A stretch of DNA of 124,000 nt from Wallemia ichthyophaga EXF-994 (lineage: Eukaryota; Fungi; Basidiomycota). Where the stretch lies: assembly GCF_000400465.1 (NCBI RefSeq), contig NW_008806277.1:144001-268000 (forward strand), in the 5' to 3' direction. Under the pieces are notes generated by a model that had not been told where the DNA came from, made no database searches, and saw only the letters and a list, made by a program, of their open reading frames with translations. This document shows, in pieces, positions 53,098 through 66,197 of this stretch. Position 1 is the first letter of the stretch. Every line of letters begins with the position of its first letter. A program made the position numbers and the translations under genes.

Positions 53098-55214
53098 ATG
53101 TTGCGATCGACGTCGAGGCTGCTCAATGCCACACAAGGCGTATCTGGGAGGTATATTTGCACAAGTAGAATAGTAACTCAATTAAATCAGGATGAGGAGT
53201 TACAGAAGCTTTATCGGGACATTGAGCTCCATAATAATACATCCACAGATCTTTCCAATGTTATACATCCTGGGCTTTGGGAGAGTGAAGAAAGGATCGA
53301 GACTAACTCACCTGCTTACAAGTTTGGCAAGTACGGCGCTGGTCAGGTAGTCATCCCAGATTCAGTTGATAGCACCATGTCCGAAAGACTGGCGAATACT
53401 AATAAGGCTGAGCTAAGGCAGCAAACAAGGAGTATTTACAAGCTACTTGAAGTAAACAAGAACCTGTCTCCAAAGCAAATCCCAAGATTTATCGCATATA
53501 CACGTCCTGATCAGCCATTAGCATATGCATTGGCTATCGGACCTGGTGTTTATGCGGCTGTTTATAGCGTAATGAGGGAGATTCGAAGAAGAGCATCCAG
53601 TGAAATAGATGGTTGGCTTCCTCACAGGGTAATCGAGTTGGGTTCAGGTGCTGGAATATCTGCTTGGTGAGTCCATCTCATCCAATGAGATACAATCGAT
53701 TTATAAAGGCATACAGGGCAACTATGGATGCCTTCAAGTATGGCGGTAACTCTCACTCGATAGCGGCAGAAGATTTCCAAGATAATGATGAGACTGCAGT
53801 TGTGAATGGTAGTAACGCAGACGAACCTGAGCTTCATCCAGTGCAACAGTATGATGCATTTGACCCTAGCGAGATGATGAACGATTTCAATAGGCAGCTA
53901 TGGAAAGACGCTCAACGGAAGGCTCAGCTGAATGTCACAAGAAAGTTCATCTCATCTAGATTCAAATCAGAGGATCCAGTGGAGGTGAGTTGTTAGTATG
54001 CTGCATCGCAATCTACTAAATTAAGGCAGTCATCGAAAACCCTCGCCCTATCAACTTTCACGCTCTCAGAATTGGGTAATCCTGCAGACAGACGGGAGGT
54101 AATACACAGAATGTGGAAGTCAAATGCAGACATGATGGTAATAATAGATAGGGGAACGCGCGGAGGATATGAGCGTGTAATGGAAGCTCGCCAACAGCTA
54201 TTAGATCTCGGAGGCACATCTGAAACTTCAAGTCACGTATTGGCGCCATGTCCACACGATGGCAATTGCCCATTGCTCAATACCAAGGACTTCTGTCACT
54301 TCAGTCAACGCTTACAAAGACCTGCTTATCAGCGTTATATCAAGAAGGCCAAGTTGGGTACAGAAGACCAAAAGTACTCGTATGTTGTGGTTAGACGAGG
54401 TCAGAGACCATCGTCAGAGAGCAGTAAAGCACTTAATCAATTGTCAAAGTACAGTCCAAGCGAGTTGATAAAGTTGCAGAAACTGGAAGCACGCAAGAAT
54501 CTTGAAGTTGTTGGTGAGATTGAGAATGTTAATGAGATGATGATGTCGACAGCGGAATCTACACCAAATCCAGAATTGTTGGACAGCTCGTCAACACCAA
54601 TAGTAGAAACAGCATCAAATGCTCAAATAGATACAGATGTTGCTCTGCAAGAAGACCTCACAAACAATCCTACATATGATAACAGAGATCTGCTATTAAA
54701 GGATAGTTTCAACTGGTCTAGAGTAATTTATCAGCCAATGAAACGTAAAGGACACGTGATATTCGACACATGCTCTCAAAGAGAACGTATAGAAAGATTC
54801 GTCATAACTAAGCGAGACGGCGATAGTGCTTATAGAGATTCTCGCAAAGCAAAATGGGGTGACTTATTTCCACACGATCCATCAGGCACTGTTCAAGTCA
54901 AGAATGGTGGCATAAAGCGTACAATGCCAACACTACCTGAAGGAGTAATTGATGAAAATCAACTGAAACCAGAACATAAAGATGCTGCATATACTGATGA
55001 TAATGGCAAAGTTGTTATAGATTCGTATGATCATGATCATGCTCACAATGAACGCACTCATAAGCGTAGAGTTAGAGGTATAGGATCAGCTAGGAAGTTG
55101 CGTAAAGGAAAGGGTGCACGTATGGCTGATTTGATGGAGAAGAAGATGGTGGATGAGCGATTGGAGGGTATAGCGAGAGACGCTACTGATGAGATTATGA
55201 GGAATCGTTACTGA
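53098..55214 (+). CDS. RSM22: Mitochondrial small-subunit Rsm22 (METTL17) methyltransferase-like protein
   Basis: VIELGSGAG, IIDRGTRGGY, HVLAPCPHDGNCP, CHFSQRLQRP, AYRDSRKAKWGDLF. Confidence 0.9.
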
Positions 55215-55427
55215 TGGGTCTGAATTTCATACCAGTGTTTTTATAGCATTGCATTATTGTCTAATAATCACGCATTTACTCGAACTCAATGCGTATATAG
55301 TCGATTTACAAGATTATGAGAAATATGAATGATAATGCAACATAAGAATTAGTCGAAAATGATGGTAGAGTTCCAAGATGATAGGAAAAGTGAAAGGTTT
55401 TGTCTATAAATAAGATAAGAAGTAAAA

Positions 55428-57625
55428 TTATTCTTGTTTAATACCCAAGCCAATAAGTTCTTCCTTTGAATCAACGTTCTTCAAAGGTGGAAGAACGTTA
55501 TGAGATTCAGAGTTACTCTCATCGTATTCCTTGTTCTGACGCGGACCAGCTTCACCGCCACATAAGTCAAGAATAGACTGTCTCCTTGAAGCATTGGTAT
55601 CTGGTCTTTCTTCATACTCTTCATAATCTTCATCTTCCTCTTCAACTTCTTCACCGTCAGCTCTAGTGATTGCATCGAATTTGAAAACATTTGAAGCTTG
55701 CTGTGATTGATTAAATTGATTTTGATTCATAATCGATGATGATTCGTTGTTCGCAGAAGATAACGGTCTCAAAGCTTCAGAAGAAGACACTGGTCTTGAC
55801 GAACCGAATGGTACGTGAATACCAGCCGAAGAAGGTGGTGGTAGATATGGAACGCTATCATTGAAACCTACATTACTCTTCCTTGATGATCTAGGTCTGA
55901 TTGAATATTCATCCCATGTTGTACCACCATTATTGTTACTTTGTTGAGCAGGCTCAGATTGGTTTGGTTGATTATCTGATGGTGGTTGATAACCAAACAT
56001 TCCATTGGATTGGAAGCTATTCTTGCGGAAGGGTAGTGGTTGAAGGTTTGAAGGAATTTGATAAGTTGGATCAAAGTAGCTAGTTGCAGTAAAGTACTCA
56101 GAAGTAGATGGCCTATGACCTTGGCTGGAATGTGGCTTATAGGTTGTAGTTTGAGTTGGAGATGGTAACAGGGGAGCCTGATAGATTTCTTGCTGCTGTT
56201 GTTGTTGTTGCTGTTGCATTTGATGATGATGTTGCAGTTGATGTTGACGCTGCAATTGCTGTTGATGATGCATTTGTTGATGCTGGTGCTGTTCAACAAC
56301 TGAAGCTATTGAAGGAAGCCTTCCTGCTTCTTGTGTACTTTGAATACTTTCAGGGGTATCTCTAACTAAAGGAATCGGGGTAGAAGTTGGCGTTGGTCTC
56401 AAAGCATGAGGAATAGCAGGAGTTTGATTATGCGGTGACCATTCTTCTAAAACAGGCGGAGCAGCGGAAGAAGCTGAAGTTGAAGAATTTGAAGGATGAG
56501 CATCCATTATTGGAGCTGAAGATGAAGCATAAGCTGTGTGTGGATGTGATTTTGTAGGCATTGAAGCTGAATGCAACATTGGATGAGACTGATGAGGTTG
56601 TTGAATTGAGGCAGCAGGAGAAGGAATTAGCGGTTGAGCACTTTGAGGTTGATACATATTAGATGACCAATTGAAACCGTTCCCTTGTAGAACTATATGT
56701 TGATTTGGGAAAGTTGGACGGTGTTGAATGTGATCAGTTGGTGGAGTGTGTGTCATATGAGCTTGTGGTAGAGGAGGTTGAGCAGAGGTAGTTGGTATAG
56801 GAGAGCTACTTGGCGTTGAAGACATCGTTGCTAGTTTCTTAGTTGTTTGACGCTTTCTACCTCTTTGAGATTCAGTTGGAACGGCGGAGCCATCACGACG
56901 ATCAACGACTTGAGCATCAGCAACTTGCTTTTCTGAAGCGTTTGCAGCAAGTTGGGAATGTAAGTTAGACATTCCCTTTAATAAGCTATCATTCATTTCT
57001 GGTTGATCAGCGTGTACCTGTGCCTTGAATCAGGATACGTAACTGTAAAGAGAAAGTGTGTACCTACAGTGCCTGCGTGTTGTCGAAGGTTATCTAATCT
57101 AGAAAATGCTTTACCGCAATGGCATTTCTAAAAAATTTAGTTAGTAATTCGACTTCCTTTTTTTTTTAAAAAAAAAAGAAATATAGAACGTACGAATGGG
57201 CGTTCACCCGTGTGCTTTCTAACGTGTCTAGCCAAGTGTTCAGAGCGAGTGAATTGCATACTGCAGTTACCATAACCAGTACATTGGAATAATTTTGAAG
57301 GCTGGCTGCGAGGTTTGCGCTGTGGACCCACGTGATTTGTATCAGCTTTTCGTCTGCGACCTTGAGCCTTTGGAGGGGAAGGATCTTGAAGGGGTTCTTG
57401 GATAGAAAGTGGAGGTTGTGAGGGTTGTTGTAATGGTGGTGTTTGGTGGTTAATGAGTTGTTGGGTTTGTTGGGGTTGTGGAGGTTGTGGAGGTTGTTGT
57501 GCACGTTGAGCTTGTTGCTGTTGTTGCTGTTGTTGAGCTTCAAATTGCTGCGGGTTATAATAGAAAGGATGCTGCTGATTATCTACGTAGTATCCCCTAG
57601 GATAATACTGGAACTGATGATTCAT
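55428..57625 (-). CDS. C2H2 zinc-finger transcription factor (Usv1/NsdC-like), Gln-rich
   Basis: [32 protein letters not shown] | [22 protein letters not shown]; polyQ tracts. Confidence 0.85.
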
Positions 57626-58041
57626 TGTACTTTGTTTAATGAAATTCCTTTATAGAAGCTAAAGCTTTTAAATTTCAAGTCAAATTCAATAATTTACTGC
57701 TAAATAAGCAAATACAGGTTGTGCCTGCCTTTATTGCTTATGGTTGAACAGAAAGAATGGCTGACCTGAGTTAGTTACCCAAGGTACATAAAAAATGATT
57801 AGAAATTTATTGTTATGTGTTAGTATTTATGAAGAGTAGGTGTCGCTTCTTATTCATATCTATTCTTAAAAACTTTATTCTTCATTCGTCCAACTCTCAG
57901 CCAATCAGCTCAATTGTTCAGGACACAAGGGCGATTCAAAGTTAGCCACTCTTGAGTACATATTTAATCATATCCACCTGTGATAATACAATTTATTAAT
58001 TCAATAAGCATAAAACTCATTTTAGCTTATGGTCGAACGAA

Positions 58042-58968
58042 TTATAACTTCAAGTCATTGAGAATGTTGATCAAATCATTATTACCACCTAGCTTAATAA
58101 TCTCATCAATTGCTTGCTGATGAAGGTGGTTTATAACAGATAAAGTAAAATCAGCAGATTTAGTTTTGGTATTGAGGTAGTTGATAAGGTATAGCTTTAA
58201 ATCATCATCTTTAGTGCGTTGTTTGAGTATATTTATAATTTGATTAGATTTATTATCTGTTAGAATTCCATGTATTATGGGATAACTGAACTTTCCTTCA
58301 GATATATCTTCAGCGAATCCTTTGTTCTTGGTGTAAGATGATTCGAATAGGTTGCAATAATCATCACGTATTTGAAACAGAACACCAATAATGTTAATCA
58401 AAGGGATTAGATTGAGATTTGATGGAGATTTTGATAACATCAATCTCACTGCGAGTCTTAGTAAACCACCAGTTTTATTATTAACCATTTCCAAGTATTC
58501 CTTTGTAGATGGGCAAATGTGATTATCTCTAAAGTATAGATCCATACCTTGACCTCTGTGTAAATTGATAAGTTCTTGATTAACGATATTGATCAGATTG
58601 AAATCTTCAAGGGAGTGTAAATCGGAGAGTGCTTGGAAGTAGATGTAGTTTGCGGTATTAATTGTGGAAGGTATGCCATATATTCTATGAGCAACAGGTA
58701 AACCTCTCCTCTTATCGGAGTCATCTTCAATGTCATCAATCAATAGACTAGCGTTGTGAAGCTTATCAATGACATTTGTGATAATTGAAAGATGAGTCTT
58801 ATCCAAATTTAACCAAATATTGAAAGCATCTATCAATTTCAATCTAAATTGTTTGCCTTGATTGCTATTTAAATAAACAAAAGGCTCTAAAAGCTTATTC
58901 TCATTATGTCTACTCCAATTAAAGTCTAAATTTTTATTCAAATTATCAAATTCGTGCAAATTGACCAT
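58042..58968 (-). CDS. BTS1: Geranylgeranyl pyrophosphate synthase
   Basis: LHNASLLIDDIEDDSDKRRG, LHRGQGMD, KTGGL, FQIRDDY, AEDISEGKFS. Confidence 0.93.
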   Translation of the reverse strand: MVNLHEFDNLNKNLDFNWSRHNENKLLEPFVYLNSNQGKQFRLKLIDAFNIWLNLDKTHLSIITNVIDKLHNASLLIDDIEDDSDKRRGLPVAHRIYGIPSTINTANYIYFQALSDLHSLEDFNLINIVNQELINLHRGQGMDLYFRDNHICPSTKEYLEMVNNKTGGLLRLAVRLMLSKSPSNLNLIPLINIIGVLFQIRDDYCNLFESSYTKNKGFAEDISEGKFSYPIIHGILTDNKSNQIINILKQRTKDDDLKLYLINYLNTKTKSADFTLSVINHLHQQAIDEIIKLGGNNDLINILNDLKL

Positions 58969-58987
58969 AACCTTGGTTGTAAATACA

Positions 58988-59339
58988 ATGAGTGGATTGA
59001 GATTGTTAATAGAAAAGAGATCCACAATATTTAATCAAAATTTAAACCCTTTGAATATTAGGAATGGCTTCAAGTACCTCAATAAAAGATTGATTGGTCC
59101 AAAGGCCTTGGAGTATTACCCACCTGCGATTGATATTAGATTATTCAAGCAACTCAACAATCTTCCTTCTACTTTCGTTACAAATAAAGAGAAGCAGAGA
59201 TTGTTAGACGTTGATGCAAGGAAGAGAAGGGGTAAATCTCCACCAAAGAAGGGTGAGTGGGCTATTATCTAGCGTAACCATGTCTAACAGTAATTGCACT
59301 ACAGGACAAGGCAGAAGATCAAGTATGAAGAAGAAGTAA
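58988..59339 (+). CDS. RSM27: Mitochondrial ribosomal protein mS33 (Rsm27)
   Basis: TIFNQNLNPLNIRNGFKYLNKRLIGP..EYYPP...RRGKSPPKKG|QG. Confidence 0.85.
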
Positions 59340-59370
59340 TTATAACATTAAATTAATATCTTATCTTAGC

Positions 59371-59743
59371 TTAGTATTTCAAAATGATGTAAAGCGCGTG
59401 AATGATCTGATATAGGTGTGAGCGCGGGAGAGCGAATTCAAAGGAATAAAAAAGCCGCTTACACCAGGAATGTATCCCAAAATGGTCAATAAGATGTTGA
59501 TCCAGAAATCTGCGGCACATCCACGTTCTAAGAACACACCAATTGGTGGTATAAAGATTGCGAAAATAATTCTATAATGTGTGAAATTTGGTAGTCATAG
59601 TGGCTCATAACTCACTTAATGATATCCTGCGTATAGGTCAGCGATCGTCAGCGTAAGAATACTCCCCCACTCACTCTTTAAAATTCATTAGGCTGTGTAC
59701 TCTAACCAACGCTATTGAAAACTTACGAGCAAGTAAAAGGCAT
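59371..59743 (-). CDS. PMP3: Plasma membrane proteolipid Pmp3 (UPF0057), 57 aa, five exons of 17, 1, 11, 109 and 36 nt
   Basis: Spliced product MPFTCSDIIKIIFAIFIPPIGVFLERGCAADFWINILLTILGYIPGIIHALYIILKY; too short for the ORF track. Confidence 0.92.
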
Positions 59744-59900
59744 TCTATAGCCTTAATTAGAAAATAAGCCGTATAAGCCCCTTTGAAACTTACTCTTATT
59801 TATAAAAGCTGATCAACGTAGCACTATAAGCCAAGGCCGCCCGAACTAATTCAAATTCCAACAACTCCATTTAAACGTCATCTACAATTAAAAATAGAAT

Positions 59901-61267
59901 TTAAAGCTTATCATCTCCGAATAGTAAGCTAATAGACTCTCCATTATGTTGTCTCCTGATTGCCTCTCCAATCGTCGCGCTAACATCCATCACGTCAAGT
60001 TTTTCACCCAATTTCTCTTTATTCTCCACTTGGGGAATTGTGTTTGTCACTGCGATCTTTTTTATTGGTAGACTTGGAATTATTTCCATCGCTGATTCTG
60101 ACATTAATCCTATAAATATCATTTCCTCAGCTTGGCATTAGCTACGCATAACGTTCTTCTCACCATGTGATACTATAGCGTACACCGCAGTAGCACCCTT
60201 CTTGGCTAACTCAGTTGAAGCCAACTTCATCGTTTGGGCTGAGACTACCATATCATCAACCAACAGAGCCACCTTGCCTTGTACGTTTCCAACGACTACG
60301 TCCATATGGTCCTCCTCTTTGTCATCGCCATTACGGACTCTTGATCTATGAATCAATCCAAAGTTGACATTCAATCTGTCTGCTAACGCTGTGGCTCTGT
60401 ATTTAAATTGATATTGAGATTCCAATCCCAAAACACCAAACACACCTCTTAGCACCACCTGCATCAGGTGAAAACACCACTGCATTCTCCCAATCTGGAA
60501 CGGATGTCTTGATGTAGTTGATCATAATTGGTTCAGTGTACCTGTACGTGTATCAACTTGAACCCCACATCACAGCTATTATCACTAACAAGTTGTCAAC
60601 TGGGATATCAAAGAATCCCTGAGCAATATTAGCCAATTGAATGATAGAAGTCTTTACCCACTTGAATTTGTGATGCGTGGAGATCCAAAGTGATGACGTG
60701 ATCACATCCAGCAGTGGTGAGCATGTTAGCGACCAATTTAGCAGTCTGATTTGTTAGAAATGTGAATGCCGTAACAATTCACTCACTATTGGTGCTCTTG
60801 ATTTATCCTTTCTGTCTTGTCTAGCGTATGGATAATTTGGGATAACTGCCGTAATACGTCTAGCGGAGGCAGTTTTACAGGCTGAGATGGGAGATCAGGG
60901 CTAGCTGATGGCCTCAATGTCAACCTACCATTTGCCAATATAAGCAACTCCATTAAGCTATCGTTTATATCCCCACATCCAGATTGTATGATGAAAACGT
61001 CTTCCTCTCTAACACTCTCACCGATTCTCACGTTAATCTCTTGATTTGAGAATTTATTTACAACGCAAGGCGATAAATTCAATCCAAGTCTGCGGCTATC
61101 AGATTTTACGCTGATTGCTATTAGCTCATAGCCCACCTCTCAGAGACTTCTTTAGCCAATTCTGGGTGACTGTTGCCTGTAAATTCATCTTCTTAGATTT
61201 CTCACGCTCTATTTTCCTCTACCAGATTAATCTCACCAGTTAATATCTTGATTGTATCAGGCCTCAT
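59901..61267 (-). CDS. Ribose-phosphate pyrophosphokinase
   Basis: [64 protein letters not shown]. Confidence 0.92.
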
Positions 61268-61383
61268 TGCTTAAGATAGTGGTCGTTGTGATCAAGCGGA
61301 TGACACAGACCAAAGTAGAATACTTAGAAATTAAATTTATAAATTAAGTTATAACAATTCCTCTGCTAATTATTACTTTCTTC

Positions 61384-62180
61384 TTATTTTTTAAGCTTCT
61401 TTTTTTTCTTGTCTTCCTTAACCGGCGATTCATCGATTGACTTACGCTTTCTGTCTTTCGTGTTTTTCTTGTCTGACTTGTCCTTCTTTTCCTTCTTATC
61501 CTTATTTGGTGATGCTTGCTCGTTTACTGTGCCATCTATTCCACCGGTATCAAAACCTGGTGGTCTGAATCTCCACTTGAGCTTATCGGTTGGCTGTTCA
61601 CGCTTAATTGCACCATCTGAAGATGTGTGTTTCTCAAATTTGGGCGCTTTAAGCATTGGTATGTTGTCAGACAATTGTAATCTATGGTGGATTGGCTTAT
61701 CCACTAATTCATGTCATTATAACAGACACTATGAGCAGACAAGACACTCACCAGTAACCAGTTGACCTTGTTTATTTGGTAGCAACAACTTGAATTGATC
61801 CATTTCATCATTTATCGATGCAGATTCAAATTTGTTCCTTGATTCTTTTGAGTTTGAAGTTAACTGTGAGTGTATACTCATCTCACTGCCTTTGACATCG
61901 ATTGTACCTAATTTATTGTCTTTACTATCGAAATCCAGTTTCATTCCTTTCAAATGCTTTGTCTTTATCTATTCCTGCGTGAGTCTTAACACGGAATAGC
62001 GATAAAACGCACATTCTCTGGTACTCTTAAGCATACGATTTCATAATCATCATCTTTAGCCAGCTTTAACCAATCAACGCTGCTAGATTGATCGACTCCT
62101 TTCAATTTGAAGCCTTTTGGTGGTTTGTATCTACTTGCATTAGAATACAATGACTGTTTGTCGAAATATAACTAACTCAT
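61384..62180 (-). CDS. RNA polymerase I subunit Rpa34-like
   Basis: YKPPKGF near the N-terminus, FKLLLPNK, KWRFRPPG and a Lys-rich KKKKK tail; start approximate. Confidence 0.5.
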
Positions 62181-62355
62181 TTAATTGCCTGCTCGTTTCC
62201 TCCTCTCCGACACTCTCACTTGGGCTTCTCTCTGGAGAAGACATGATAGTAAATTTAAAAGAATACATTTAAATGGCGGCAATTAAAACGTTTCAAAATA
62301 ATTGAAAGATATTTACAGTGTCCTTATTCCATTCCGCTGGGCTCAGCGCTCACGT

Positions 62356-63217
62356 TTAGAGCAAGTAGACTGCTGCACCGAGGATGATTGCACCCATAGC
62401 AGCAAAAGCCTTGCTCTTTGATGCAGATGAGTCATCATCTTTATCACCGCTGCCATTGTCGTTACTGGTGCTTTTGTTGGTGCTGCTGTCACCATTCTCG
62501 TCAATGATGTTCTTCTCGCTGTTGCTGATGTTGTTATCGGTGTTGTTGTAAGATTCGCTGTTATCGTCATAGTCAGCCTTTCCAGTATTAGTTGCGTTGA
62601 GAAGCGTCTCATTGAATGTTCCGGTCATACCAGTGAGCTATTCGAGCTGTCAACTACGCAATAAAGATTCAATAATTATCACTCACTCCAAATATTCCTG
62701 TGTATGCGATGTAAGGGTAACCATAATTTGACGCTTCTTCGGTCTGAGCTGGGAGACTGTCTGAAACAATGCGAAGAGAGCTGTTTGCTTCTTAGAGATA
62801 GTGTCTTCTAAATAAGCTTTATACTCACTAGAATATTCCATCTTGACCGACGTCTGGATCGATCGTTGTGGTGAATTCTTTTTCAGTCGCGTCGACGGTA
62901 CCAAGTTGGCTCAATGGTACCATAGCCAACTATAAATTCGTCAGAACGCTCCCATTTCTGACTTAAACCAACTCACAGACTCATTTCCTGCGAAGAGGTA
63001 AATATGTGATTGACCAATATCGCTCAAAGTAACATTATCTCCTTTTTGAGTCCATTTCACCGTGTATTCATTGCCTGCCTCAACCTTATCTCCAGAAAGT
63101 GGTTGAGTGATAGCCTGCTTCAAGTCGGCCTCAATGCGTTCGAGTATACATTCAACCCACAAGGTTAGCGAGAGTTTTTGATGCGATTGCAGATAAAGCG
63201 AAAATTGATTTCAACAT
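62356..63217 (-). CDS. GPI-anchored cell-wall protein (Kre9/Knh1-like N-terminal domain), copy 1
   Basis: Signal peptide, ITQPLSGD...YTVKW...LFAG, Asn/Asp/Ser linker, hydrophobic GPI tail AFAAMGAIILGAAVYLL. Confidence 0.78.
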
Positions 63218-64033
63218 TTTAAACGCAAAAGTTCTGTAACCGTGGTAATCTTGTTGAAAAGAGCGTCTTCGTTGCTTAAATTGTGGTAGGTCCGTGCCAA
63301 GTGTAAGCCCGTGCAGTTAGGTACGCAGGACAAAAAAGCTATCGCATTATACAGTCTCTTTTATCTTTTGTAATACAATTTGCTTCTTTTCTGGCTTGCC
63401 ATCAAGATATTTTGCGCGCGGCCCTGCCAAAGCATGATAAGCCTGAGACATGTTGAGGGTACTTGACAATCACGACGGTTGCAAGCGAATTTTGCAAGGC
63501 TTCATCTAAGTCAATTATGCAGAATGGATTGGCGGAACCATTGAATAGTAAGACTTCCAAGGGGTATAAGCTCCTTAGAGACGGATATCTGTGGCGAGTG
63601 AAAGTAAGTGTCGAGCAGTTCTATTGTGGGCTACCGTCATCGCAAAGGCGCCTCCAGCAGATAAATACGTTGCGCATCTGTTACGCATGGATACCGACAT
63701 TCGTGCTTGTGGTAACACATGCATGGCAAGCTTATACACGCTGAAATAGAGCTAGATCTTTTCAGGTGACTCTGAAAGCCGCAAAACTCCTTCAAGCGCG
63801 AAAATGAGGACGATCTATCTGCCGTCTCGAAACAAAAGAAAGTCACGCTTCGAGACAAGTGTTTATAGCACAGTCTTATGTAAGCACATACTCTAAAGCA
63901 TGTAATGACAGACCTAAGCCTGATCAGAACGACTTCTTGGTCTATTTAGATGGGATGCCTGTGTCAGTCTCTCAAAAACAAATATGTTCACAGCGTCATC
64001 GTCATGAATGTTTAAGCTAATCTGAATATGTAT

Positions 64034-64157
64034 ATCATGTACATAAAATAGTTTACTCGGCCTTTGGAGCTGGCAATGGGGCTTGTGCCTTCTTGCCACG
64101 GACCTTCTTGGCTGGAGCATCCTTCTTTTGGCCTTTAGAAGCGTAAATGGCTGAAAC
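64034..64157 (-). pseudogene. Orphan copy of the RPL28 terminal exon
   Basis: 124 nt identical to 66179-66302, including the stop codon, without the upstream RPL28 exons. Confidence 0.85.
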
Positions 64158-64371
64158 AATGGCAACAACGGTCATCGATATACAACTTACACGATGAGCT
64201 GCCTGCTCGTCCTACTCACCGGCAATGTCACTTTAGCTTCTCTCCGAACAAGATATGATGATATTTCAAAATGTATTACTTGTATATAAATGGTTACAAT
64301 TAAAACCGCTTAAAAGGATAAAAAGATATTTACAGTGTCCTTCTACATTCCGCTATTCTCAACGCTCACGT

Positions 64372-65228
64372 TTAGAGCAAGTAGACTGCTGCACCGAGGA
64401 TGGTTGCACCCATAGCAGCGAAAGCCTTGCTCTTTGATGCAGATGAGTCATCATCTTCATCACCGTTGTCACCATTGTCACCGTTGCTGTTGTTGTTGTT
64501 GTTGTTTTTGTCACCGCCTGACTCACCGTTGTTGTCCGAATCGCTATCATCTTCGTTGTCCGAATCGCTATCACCGTCGTTGTTAGCCTTTTCAGCACCA
64601 GTTGCGTTGAGGAGTGTTTCATTGAATGTTCCGGTCATACCAGTGAGCTATTCAAGCTGTTAGTTACACAATAAAACCCTAACGCTCATCAACTTACTTC
64701 GAAAATATCAGAGTACGCAATGTAAGGGTAGTCGTATTGCGCCATTTCTGGCTTTTGAGATTGGAGATTGTCTGAAACGACACGGATCGTGCTATTTTTT
64801 GGTTAGAGGTATTTTGCTCCAAATAGGATATTTACCCACTAGTATGTTCCGTTTTGACCGATTTCTGGATCGATCGTAGTGTTGAATTCTTTCTCAGTAG
64901 CGTCGACGGTACCAAGTTGGGTCAATGGAACCATAGAGTCCTATTCATGTGTCAACAAGCTCTCATTCTTCACTGTACCTAGCTCACAGAGTCATTCCCT
65001 GCGTAGAGGTAGACATGTGATTGGCCAATGTCGCTCAAGGTCACATCCTCTCCTCTTTCTACCCATTCCACTGTATATTCTTCACCTCCTTCAATCGTAT
65101 CACCAGAGATTGGTTGGGTGATAGACTGCTTCAAGTAAGCGTCGATGCGTTTCAGTAAACAATACACCCACAAGTCTAGCGAGAGTTGTTGATGCGATTG
65201 CAGATAAAGCGAAAATTGATTCAAACAT
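64372..65228 (-). CDS. GPI-anchored cell-wall protein, copy 2
   Basis: Same exon structure as copy 1; SITQPISGDTIEGGEEYTVEW; tail AFAAMGATILGAAVYLL. Confidence 0.78.
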
Positions 65229-66197
65229 TTTAAACGCCAAACTTTTGTATCGGTGGTAGTCCTGTCGCAAGGAATGTCTTCGTTCGTTAGTAATTCCTGA
65301 AAAGGCCAGTGCGTGGGGTAGACCTTCACTTAGGTACGCAATGTAAAAGACGTTGCCACATTCGTGCAGTCTCTTCCTTTCTATTGCGATGCAGCTTGCA
65401 TCTCTTCTAGCCTGTTATTAAAATTTTCTGTGCACGTCCCTAGAAAAGAATGATAGGCCGCCTCTAAAACAAATTGAGTAACTAAGGTGGCAATCGCTTA
65501 AGCAGCCTGCAGGTCGATATAGCTTGCTTCGATCTGAGTCAACTATGTTGAGTCGATTGTCGAGCCTCAGAGTTGGTGATCATTATTGCTTCCGAAGGAT
65601 AAAAGCTGCTCAGTATTCTGTGGCAAGTATATTCGCCGTCAAGCTGTTGTCTGGGGCACTGTTCTCATCGCACACGAACCTCCAGCAGATGAGTAAATTA
65701 CCATGAATACAGACTTTCGTGCTTATAATGGAGATATTGCACATGCATGGCAGACTTGTATAGACTAAAATAGTGCTGGATCTTTCAAGTGACTCTAAAG
65801 CCGCATTCCCCTTTAAGCACGAAAATGAGGGCGATTCGTCTGCCATCCCAAATCGAAGCAAGGTTACGTTACCATTCGAGACAAGTATTTATAGCACAGT
65901 CTTAGATTAGCACGTCGTCTAAATCAGTCTGCTGTATTCACTGATGCGTTGTTAAACCGACTGACTAGCATCGGTACTGGATCTTGCTTCATAATCGCAG
66001 ATTTGCTCTCTCAACAAATTGAAAGGTTGATCGTTTGTTGCAATGGCAAAACTTAGCCAAGGCAGAAGAAGGTCTCATTCTACATAAATTGTTGTATGCC
66101 TGTGTCATAGAGTCTCTCAAAAGCAAATATGTTCACAGCGTCGTCGTCATAAATGTTTAGGTGAATCTGCATATGTAAATCATGTACATAAAATAGT

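Noticed and set aside
56150-57560. CAG/CAA trinucleotide runs
   Set aside because: Ordinary polyglutamine coding tracts of the zinc-finger transcription factor.
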